Shown here one piece after another: positions 56,653 to 64,000 of a stretch of 64,000 nt of DNA (the stretch's first letter is position 1; every line of letters begins with the position of its first letter). Source of the stretch: Planctomycetota bacterium (GTDB taxonomy: Bacteria > Planctomycetota > B15-G4). The stretch lies in NCBI GenBank assembly GCA_965248575.1, contig CBDFJQ010000002.1, positions 512,001 to 576,000 of the forward strand. Reading direction: 5' to 3'. The notes beneath the pieces are model-generated. The model worked only from the letters and a program-made list of their open reading frames with translations, ran no database searches and had not been told where the DNA came from. A program made the translations under genes and the position numbers.

Positions 56653-57834
56653 CTACCCGTTCTTGATCGCCTGCAATCGCTGCGCGGCATCCCAACGGCC
56701 TTGGGGCGGCAGGGCCAGGAGCTCGCGGTAGCTCTGCGCCGCCTGTTCGGTGAGTCCAAGCGTTTCCAGGCAGCGTGCCTGTTCGTAGAGCGCGCGTTCT
56801 CGTTCGCCCCCGATCTCTGTCAGCTGCACCGCTGTCTCGAGAGGGCCCAAGGCGTCCTCGGGGCGGCCAACGGCTCGCAACAACATGCCGGAGTTCAGGT
56901 GAGCACCCACATGGGTCGGGTCCAGTGCCACGGCGGCGCCGTAATACTGCAAGGCCTCGTCGTTGCGGCCCTGCACCATGCGCACGAAGCCCATGTTGAA
57001 CAGGGCAGGCACGTCCTCGGTGCGCGCCGCCAGCACCCGCTGCAAGCCGCCCTCGGCTTGGTCGAGGAAGGCGCCGTCCTGCTTCACGGTCCGATAGAGG
57101 TCGAGGTAGATCTTGGCCACGCCCAGGGCTGCGTCTGTGTCCTCGGGGTCGTCCGCGAGTCGTTCCCGAAAGCGGTTGAGGTATTGCTGGATGCGTTCGA
57201 GGTGATCGCTGCGCTCCAGATGATCGCGCGCCGCCTGCTTGTCATCGCGGGCCAACGCCAACTGGTAGAGCATGTGGTGGGCCTCGGCTGCGAGCGGGCC
57301 CCAGGAGTCCGTCTGCAGATAGGTCTCGAAGGCATTGCGTGCCAAGGGTGCGTTGTCTGCCATGGCCGCCGCCCTGCCCGTCACCAGGACGAGGTAGGGG
57401 AAGTCCGTGGCCAGGCCGCGCCCCTGATCGATGTGGACCTGGGCTTCTGCCAGCCGGCCCAGCTCGAGCAGGACATCCGCCAACATGCCGTGCGCTCGAC
57501 CGTTGCCAGGGTTTGCGAGCAGCTCGGCCTCAAAGGCCAGCAGGGCGTCCTCCGGCCGTCCCATGTCCGAGTAGGCCAGCCCGCGGTAGTACTGGACGCC
57601 GCTCGGTGCGTTGCCGGCAGCCAGCAGCGCGTCGATCTCTCCCAAGGCCGACTCCGGTCTGCCGTCACGCAGCGCCTGAAGCACGCCGGGGATGCGCGGC
57701 TCCAGGCTGCGCGGATCAAAGGCCGTCACGGGTTCAGGTCCACAAGCTGAAAGAACAGAGAGGGACACGAGTGCGAGGCTGCAGGCAAGGGCCCGTCGCG
57801 TGCTTCGTGCGCAGCAGGTGAGGGTGCGGATCAC
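56653..57834 (-). CDS. Tetratricopeptide repeat lipoprotein
   Basis: Lipobox LSAC; TPR units; 4-nt overlap with the CRTAC1-family gene. Confidence 0.82.
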   Translation of the reverse strand: MIRTLTCCARSTRRALACSLALVSLSVLSACGPEPVTAFDPRSLEPRIPGVLQALRDGRPESALGEIDALLAAGNAPSGVQYYRGLAYSDMGRPEDALLAFEAELLANPGNGRAHGMLADVLLELGRLAEAQVHIDQGRGLATDFPYLVLVTGRAAAMADNAPLARNAFETYLQTDSWGPLAAEAHHMLYQLALARDDKQAARDHLERSDHLERIQQYLNRFRERLADDPEDTDAALGVAKIYLDLYRTVKQDGAFLDQAEGGLQRVLAARTEDVPALFNMGFVRMVQGRNDEALQYYGAAVALDPTHVGAHLNSGMLLRAVGRPEDALGPLETAVQLTEIGGERERALYEQARCLETLGLTEQAAQSYRELLALPPQGRWDAAQRLQAIKNG

Positions 57835-59678
57835 GGCTCGGTCTCATTCAAGGGGGTGCTGCGGACGATGCCCATGCCCTTCTGGACGGTCACATGCTGG
57901 CCGCCAAACAGTCGCTCGGGATCCAACTCCTCCTGGTCTCCGCCCAGCCAAAGAACGCGGGCAGTCAGGAAATCCGAGCCAGGTGGCAAGACCACATGCA
58001 GGCGGCTGTCGTCCTGGCTCTGGAAACTGCTCGCTGAGCGTTTCTGATAGGCGCTGGTGTGCAGGGATGTCTGCACAAGGAGCGTCGAGCCGAAGGCGTC
58101 CGGCCCGATGCCCTGGTCACCCTCGAGCGTGACCAACAGCTGCCGGCCTGGCGCATGGAGCGTGTTCAGGAACAGGCGCGGGGAGTCGTCGAGACGCACC
58201 ACCAGCAGGTCGAGGTCGCCGTCGTTGTCGATGTCAGCGCGTAGGGCAGCCCGGCCCCGGTGTCGCGTGAGGTCGGGGAACTCATTGCCCGAGAAGCGAC
58301 CCTCGGCTTCACCCCGCAGCATGATCAGCGGCTGGGCATAGCTGCTGCTGGTCCCATCCCGGTCAGCTTCGGGGTAGACGTGGCCGTTGCTGAAGAACAC
58401 ATCGTCGAAACCGTCCGCATCGAAGTCGGCCAGGTGTACGCCCCAACCCAGCAGCGGGCGGCTGGCGGCAGACAGTCCCAGGTTCGTGGACACGTCCCGG
58501 AAACGCAGCCCGCCTTCCGCTCGATAGAGGGTGTTGGATTCGGATGAGAAGTTCGTGACCACGAGATCGAAATCGCCGTCGCGATCCCAGTCGGCGGCGT
58601 TCACGCCCATGCCTGCTTGAGGTCGGCCGGCCCGGTCGCTCACGGCACCGGACATGCGGCTGGCGTTCTCGAAGGTCCCATTCCCTGTGTTGCGGAGCAG
58701 GAAGTTGTCGACCGAGTCGTTGGCCACGTACACGTCGCAGCGGCCGTCCTGATCGAGGTCCATGAACAGGAGCCCCAAACCATAGGCGGGTGGAATGTCG
58801 GCGAGCCCCGCTGCCCGGGTGCGGTCCTCGAACCACGGCGCTGCGTCGAGGCCACCCAGGAACACGTCGGGTTGGGCATCCAAGCCGTGGGGGCCGCACA
58901 ACACGCTGTGGCCCTCGAAGCGACAAGGCACGCCGCGCACATCCCCGTCCGGAATCCTGGTGGGGTCCAGCTCCAGGTAGCGCACCAGGTAGAGGTCGAG
59001 CAGGCCGTCCCCGTCGGCGTCCGCGAGAGCGAGGCTGGTGGTCCAGTCGAGAGGGCTGCTCCGGCCGGGTAGCGCGTGCTTCTCGAATCGGATGCCGCCG
59101 CCGGGTTCCGTGCGGTTGAGGAACAGGGCGTCCTCGCCGTGGCCGCCGATGACGAGGTCTGGGCGGCCGTCCCGGTCGACGTCACCCGAACAAACTCCCG
59201 TTGGCCAACCCTGCATGCTGAGGCCCGCGCCCTCTACGGGTTCGAAACGGGGCACGCCCTCCCGCTGACCGCGGTTGACGAACACAGGGTGGCTCACGGA
59301 GCTGCCGGCCACCAAGCCTTCGTGGGTGTTGCCCTGGATGAACACGATGTCCAGCAGGCCGTCCGCATCCAGGTCGACGAGGGCCGCGCCGCTGCCGTTG
59401 ACCTCCAGGATGCTTGTCTTGTGGAGGGCGTCGCCTCCCGCACCCAGCTGCAGGTCGAGGCCCGCCGCCTCGGTGATATCGTCGAATCCAAACGAGCCTG
59501 CAAGCTCGGGTTCTTGAGTGCGTCCTCCGGCCCCGGGCGCTTCGTGCGAATCCCCGGGGTCTGAGCAGGCGCAGAGGCCGCTCAGCCAAAGGCCCAGGCA
59601 TGCGGCCCATGCAGCCGAGGGCAGGCGCCAAGCCGAGGGGCGGGTGCGGACAGTCAGTTGGGGGAGGGCGCCGGACAT
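57831..59678 (-). CDS. CRTAC1 family protein (FG-GAP repeats with ASPIC/UnbV domain)
   Basis: Repeated D.D.DG..D motifs (DLDADGLLD, DVDRDGRPD, DWDRDGDFD); C-terminal SSFQSQDD.RLH. ATG at 59678. Confidence 0.85.
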   Translation of the reverse strand: MSGALPQLTVRTRPSAWRLPSAAWAACLGLWLSGLCACSDPGDSHEAPGAGGRTQEPELAGSFGFDDITEAAGLDLQLGAGGDALHKTSILEVNGSGAALVDLDADGLLDIVFIQGNTHEGLVAGSSVSHPVFVNRGQREGVPRFEPVEGAGLSMQGWPTGVCSGDVDRDGRPDLVIGGHGEDALFLNRTEPGGGIRFEKHALPGRSSPLDWTTSLALADADGDGLLDLYLVRYLELDPTRIPDGDVRGVPCRFEGHSVLCGPHGLDAQPDVFLGGLDAAPWFEDRTRAAGLADIPPAYGLGLLFMDLDQDGRCDVYVANDSVDNFLLRNTGNGTFENASRMSGAVSDRAGRPQAGMGVNAADWDRDGDFDLVVTNFSSESNTLYRAEGGLRFRDVSTNLGLSAASRPLLGWGVHLADFDADGFDDVFFSNGHVYPEADRDGTSSSYAQPLIMLRGEAEGRFSGNEFPDLTRHRGRAALRADIDNDGDLDLLVVRLDDSPRLFLNTLHAPGRQLLVTLEGDQGIGPDAFGSTLLVQTSLHTSAYQKRSASSFQSQDDSRLHVVLPPGSDFLTARVLWLGGDQEELDPERLFGGQHVTVQKGMGIVRSTPLNETEP

Positions 59679-59730
59679 GGGTGACGACGAGGATAAGGTG
59701 GTGTCCCCGCCCGTTGCTACACTTCGCGCC

Positions 59731-60747
59731 ATGCACGACTTGCGCAGCGACACCGTGACCCGCCCGACCCCCGCCATGCGGGCCGCCATGTCGGCGGCCG
59801 AAGTGGGGGATGACGTCCTCGGCGAAGACCCCACCATCAATCTCCTGGAGCAGGAGTCCGCGGCCCTGTTCGGCAAGCAAGCGGCGCTCTTCGTTCCCAG
59901 TGGCACCATGGGCAACCAGCTCTGCCTGGGTGTCCTCAGCCGCCCGGGGGACGAGATCATTGCCGAGGCCCAGGCCCATATCCTGATCAATGAGGTGGGC
60001 TCTGTGTCGCGTCTGTGGGGCTGCCAGATCCGAGCCGTGCCCGGCACGCGGGGCGCACTCGACCCTGCGCAGGTGGAGGCCGCAGTCCGGGAGGAGGACA
60101 TCCATCACCCCCGGACCTCCGTGCTCTCCGTCGAGAACACCCACAACTATGCCGGTGGCACGGTGCTGCCCCTGGAGCAGCTGGATGCCCTGTGCCAGGT
60201 CGCGAAGCGGAACGACATGGCGGTGCAGATGGATGGGGCGCGATTGTTCAACGCCCAGGTGGCCAGCGGCATCCCCGTCGCCCGCTGGGTGCGCGATGTC
60301 GATCTGGCGTCGGTCTGTCTGTCGAAGGGCTTGGGCGCCCCGGTGGGTTCGCTGGTGGTGGGCGATGCGCTGCGTATCGGGGAGTGCCGCAAGCTGCGAA
60401 AGGCCTTGGGAGGCGGCATGCGTCAGGCGGGCGTGCTTGCTGCGGCGGCGCGACTCGCCCTCGAAGAAGGACCAACGCTCATGCGGGAGGACCATCGTCG
60501 GGCGCGTTCCATGGCCGAAGCCCTGACGGATCTTCCCGGTGTGGACATCGATCTGGATGCGGTCCAGACGAACATCGTCTTCCTGACCACCCGCGGCTCG
60601 GCGCCCGAAGCCGAAGCTGCGTATGCGGCCAAGGGCATCCTTGGCTTCGCCCTCTCCCCGCACCGCATGCGCTTCGTGTTCCACCGGGACGTGGGCGACG
60701 AGGCCTTGGAGGCCGTGGTGGCTGCCAGCCGCGAACTCTTCGCCTGA
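59731..60747 (+). CDS. ltaE: Low-specificity L-threonine aldolase
   Basis: DLRSDTVTRPT, VGDDV.GEDPT, PSGTMGNQ, ENTHN, DGARLFNA, CLSKGLGAPVG, GGGMRQAG. Confidence 0.93.
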   Translation: MHDLRSDTVTRPTPAMRAAMSAAEVGDDVLGEDPTINLLEQESAALFGKQAALFVPSGTMGNQLCLGVLSRPGDEIIAEAQAHILINEVGSVSRLWGCQIRAVPGTRGALDPAQVEAAVREEDIHHPRTSVLSVENTHNYAGGTVLPLEQLDALCQVAKRNDMAVQMDGARLFNAQVASGIPVARWVRDVDLASVCLSKGLGAPVGSLVVGDALRIGECRKLRKALGGGMRQAGVLAAAARLALEEGPTLMREDHRRARSMAEALTDLPGVDIDLDAVQTNIVFLTTRGSAPEAEAAYAAKGILGFALSPHRMRFVFHRDVGDEALEAVVAASRELFA

Positions 60748-60758
60748 GGGCAGCGGGT

Positions 60759-62369
60759 TCAGTCCGTGAGGTCGCGGCTGGGGTCGACCCGGAGGAAGAT
60801 CCGGCCCACCAGCCAGACCAGCATCACCACCTCGAAGGCCAGCAGCACCCAGATCACCAGGGCGGCGAGCAGGGGCATGCCTGCCTTGAAGGCAAGCAGC
60901 CAGGCCGGAACGCCCACCACCAACAGGGAGAGCATCAGCAGGATCATCTTGGCCAGCAGCAGGGCGTACATGCGGGCCACCTGTGTCGCGCCCGGCGGTC
61001 CCCGGGTGTAGTCGATGCGATAGGGGTAGAGCAGGAAGGTCCCGTTCTCCACGCAGAGTTGCACGGCGTTGAGCAGCGGCAGGGTCAGGAAGATGAAGAT
61101 CCACAGCAGGTACTGGCTCGGCTCGATCACGGCAAACACCCATGAGCCCAGCAGCAGTTGGAAACCGTAGATCACCAGCACGCTGGCCATGATCTGCCCG
61201 GCGGCCAGGGCCATGGGGGAGGAGGGCAGGCTGCGCAGGTAGGCGAGGCAGTCAAAGTCGGAGCGGAAGTCGCACTGCACGTAGAGCGGACCTGCGAAGC
61301 ACAGCATGCCGATCATCATGCCGGCCATGATCTCCGGTGTTTCCTTCACGGTGGAGATGCCGGCACCCAACCCGCAAAACACGCTGAAGACCAACAACAG
61401 CATGTAGGACTTGCGGCGCCGCGAGAGGCTGGAGAGTTGCCGCCAGGCATGCACACCCGCGCCACCCCAGCGGGGCAGCATGGGAAGCGTGCGCCCAGCA
61501 CTCAGCTGGGGGCGGTCCTGGCCGACGTTGCCCTTGGCCATGCGTTGCAGCTGCTTTTGGATGCGCTCGCTGCTGTGGGTGGCGGATTCGCGCACATCGC
61601 CGCGGAAAGTCAGTGGGCGGATGGCGAGCAGGGCGCTGAGGCCGAGGCACATGCTGAGTGAGCTCAGGAACACATCGGTGGAGCGCGCCAAGAACAGCGC
61701 GGTCCAGGGGGAGACGGGCCAGCCGATGACGTCCAGCATCCGGGGTTCGAATTTGCCGCCTGCTCGGTAGACCTGAAGGCCGACTGCGCCCGCCGCTGTT
61801 GCGAGGGCAGCAAGACCTACGAGCTTGCCCGCGACCTTGCGACGGCTGCGGGGGACGCGCAGCATGCCGAGATCGACCGCCATGCCCAACAGCGTCAGGC
61901 TGAAGAGCAGGACCAGGTAGGACACTACGGCTTGCGGGTAAGGCGTCCCAGCGGGTGTCAGGAAGGTGCTGAAGATCAGGCTCGCCGTGAAGGACTTCAC
62001 CATCGCTGCCAGGAGATGGCCGGCTAGCAAGGCGCGCGTGCCGATGGGAGCAGGGAACAGGAACTGCATCTCCGCCGGGGTGAACGCCAGCACACCGTTG
62101 GAGACGGCGGAAATCATCGTGGCGACGAAGGAGAAGCTGAAGAACAAGGCCACGATGCGCTCACGGTTGGCGCCGGCGAACAGGTTGCCGCCGTCGTCGT
62201 TGCCTAGGGACTTGCCCGCGATCACCAGGGCGAGCACGGCGATGATGAACACCATCAGCAAGAGACGCTTCGGCTGCTTCAGGGATTTGAGCAAGCGGCG
62301 CCCCCTCGCCCGCATGCGCAGCACGTAGAGATAGCGAAGCGCGCCGAATCCCTCCCAGCCGTTGCTCAT
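60759..62369 (-). CDS. Putative ABC exporter permease
   Basis: About 12 TM in two halves with FTPAEMQFLFPAP and DFRSD..YLRSLP; coupled to the ABC ATPase gene. Confidence 0.8.
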   Translation of the reverse strand: MSNGWEGFGALRYLYVLRMRARGRRLLKSLKQPKRLLLMVFIIAVLALVIAGKSLGNDDGGNLFAGANRERIVALFFSFSFVATMISAVSNGVLAFTPAEMQFLFPAPIGTRALLAGHLLAAMVKSFTASLIFSTFLTPAGTPYPQAVVSYLVLLFSLTLLGMAVDLGMLRVPRSRRKVAGKLVGLAALATAAGAVGLQVYRAGGKFEPRMLDVIGWPVSPWTALFLARSTDVFLSSLSMCLGLSALLAIRPLTFRGDVRESATHSSERIQKQLQRMAKGNVGQDRPQLSAGRTLPMLPRWGGAGVHAWRQLSSLSRRRKSYMLLLVFSVFCGLGAGISTVKETPEIMAGMMIGMLCFAGPLYVQCDFRSDFDCLAYLRSLPSSPMALAAGQIMASVLVIYGFQLLLGSWVFAVIEPSQYLLWIFIFLTLPLLNAVQLCVENGTFLLYPYRIDYTRGPPGATQVARMYALLLAKMILLMLSLLVVGVPAWLLAFKAGMPLLAALVIWVLLAFEVVMLVWLVGRIFLRVDPSRDLTD

Positions 62370-63169
62370 GAAGGGCCGGGTCCAAGGTCCTGTTGGGGGG
62401 CGTCGGAGGCAGGCTTGGCAAGCGACGTGCCCGCCGCTCCCGCCTCGTCGATCCCGATCGCGCGCATGAACAGGTCTTCAAGGTTCGCTTCTTCCGCCTC
62501 GTGGCCCACGAGGGCGCGGATGTCAGCCATGGTGCCCGACGCCATCTCGCGACCTTGATGCACGAGGAAGAAGCGCGTGGAGAGCCGTTCGACGATCTCC
62601 AGTTGGTGGCTGGAGACGATCACGGCGCTGCCCGCCTGGGCCCGTCGAGCAATGGAGTCGCACATGCGCCGGCGCCCGGGCGGGTCGAGGCCGGTCAGCG
62701 GTTCATCCAGGAGCATGACCTCCGGGTCATGGACGAAGGCGCAGCAGATGGCGAGCTTCTGGCGCATGCCTCGGGAGAGCGCCGAGGCGGTGGCGTGCCG
62801 ACGTTCCTCCAGATCGAACTCGTCGAGCAGCGCGTCGATGCGTCCGTGGGGTTCCTCGACGCCGTAGAGCCGTGCCGTGAAAAGCAGGTGCTCCAAGGTC
62901 GTGAGGGAGTCGAACAGCATCGGCGTGTCGGGGACAAAGGCCAGCCGGCGTCGGGCCGCCACGGATTCGCCTGTCATGGGCTCCCCGCCGATGAAGATCG
63001 AGCCGGAGGTCGGCGGCAGGATGCCTGCGAGCATGCGCAGGCAGGTGGTCTTGCCGGCGCCATTCACGCCCACCAGTCCCAGGATCTCGCTCGATTTCAC
63101 CCGCAGACTCAGGTTGTCGACGGCCTGAACCTCTTCGAAGCGTTTGTTGAGTCCTTCAACCTCGATCAT
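62366..63169 (-). CDS. ABC transporter ATP-binding protein
   Basis: Walker A GVNGAGKT, signature LSRGMRQ, Walker B LLDEPLTGLD, SSH. Confidence 0.93.
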   Translation of the reverse strand: MIEVEGLNKRFEEVQAVDNLSLRVKSSEILGLVGVNGAGKTTCLRMLAGILPPTSGSIFIGGEPMTGESVAARRRLAFVPDTPMLFDSLTTLEHLLFTARLYGVEEPHGRIDALLDEFDLEERRHATASALSRGMRQKLAICCAFVHDPEVMLLDEPLTGLDPPGRRRMCDSIARRAQAGSAVIVSSHQLEIVERLSTRFFLVHQGREMASGTMADIRALVGHEAEEANLEDLFMRAIGIDEAGAAGTSLAKPASDAPQQDLGPGPS

Positions 63170-63374
63170 GGACTGTCCTGGGAGGGCGCTGGAATGGTTG
63201 GAAGAGGAGGAGCTGCAGGTGAGGGCAGGCTCTTCTGATGCGGACGTTGGGAGGCAGCGGAAGTGGAGTCAGGAGTCGGATTCTGAGGCGCTGGGTGGTG
63301 AGCCGCAAGAGCATGGTGACACGGGCGCTTCCCACGCTATCCTTCGGCCTTCCTTCGAGGAGCTCGTCGTCGTC

Positions 63375-63806
63375 ATGGGTGGGATCAACCCCTACATCAA
63401 GCAGGTCGAAGCCGATCTGCCACAAGAGAAGTACCACATCACCTTTTTCTCGCCCGCAGATGGAGGAGGCGAGCCTGAGGAGCGCCGGGTGGAGGTCGAT
63501 CCGTCGGCACTGCCGTACACGGACGAGGGATTGCCCGGCAGCATCCTGGATATCGCCTGCGGAAACGGGATCGACATCGACCACGCCTGCGGTGGTGTGT
63601 GTGCCTGTTCGACGTGCCACGTCTTGGTCATCGAGGGCTCGCAGAGCTGCAACGAGTCCTCGGAGGCCGAGGAGGACATGCTCGATTTGGCACCCGGGCT
63701 TGAGGACAGCTCACGCCTGGGTTGCCAGTGCATTCCGAACGGCAGCGCGGAGGTGCGCGTGGTGGTTCCGTCCTGGAACCGCAACACGGTCAGCGAGGAG
63801 CACTAA
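63375..63806 (+). CDS. fdx: 2Fe-2S ferredoxin (ISC/adrenodoxin type)
   Basis: HACGGVCACSTCHV, EEDMLD, SRLGCQ; GAGGAG upstream of the ATG at 63375. Confidence 0.9.
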   Translation: MGGINPYIKQVEADLPQEKYHITFFSPADGGGEPEERRVEVDPSALPYTDEGLPGSILDIACGNGIDIDHACGGVCACSTCHVLVIEGSQSCNESSEAEEDMLDLAPGLEDSSRLGCQCIPNGSAEVRVVVPSWNRNTVSEEH

Positions 63807-64000
63807 GGCGGGACGGGGCTGAAGAACGGGAGCTGGAGGGGGTGGATTGGCGCCCGGCTGAGCTTCTGACCGGCGTGAAGGGGGCTTTTCGAGGGAGCCT
63901 TGGGGCGGCTGGTCAAGTCACCCCTGGTCGGGGACGAAGATTCCGTGCGACCCGAGAGACGGGCGACGGAGACTTCATGTTGCAGGCATCCCATTTGCCG

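Noticed and set aside
63978..64000. Possible gene start (GGAGA then ATG) at the window edge
   Set aside because: Only seven codons are visible, too few to support a call.

Overview
High-GC bacterial chromosomal window with about 48 CDS and no rRNA, tRNA, CRISPR array or transposase that I can see. Gene content (glyQS, futalosine menaquinone genes, a CRTAC1/ASPIC-UnbV protein, secreted proteins with a shared ~105-aa terminal domain) suggests Planctomycetota; this is inference only. Housekeeping genes include mqnE, mqnC, glyQS, a PTS enzyme I, xerC, pabB, a pabC-like gene, ispA, dxs, rpmH, an RluA synthase, ltaE and a ferredoxin. Main highlights: (1) an 8-gene minus-strand cluster (38717-46072) encoding a GlmL/MutL-type ASKHA ATPase with no B12 mutase in the window, a soluble partner with hybrid-motif-like and KOW-like segments, a DUF6754-like protein and several membrane proteins, a candidate undescribed ATP-coupled membrane system; (2) a probable selenoprotein (SelN-like, C-T-U) that the ORF track splits at an in-frame TGA followed by a SECIS-like hairpin; (3) MalQ fused to a catalytically dead GlgB remnant; (4) three paralogous secreted serine hydrolases whose C-terminal domain recurs at the N-terminus of a 1070-aa protein; (5) a recurring TAnnnT hexamer 6-11 nt before start codons, suggesting leaderless transcripts; (6) two small genes missed by the ORF track. 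All family assignments come from motif recognition by eye, not database searches.
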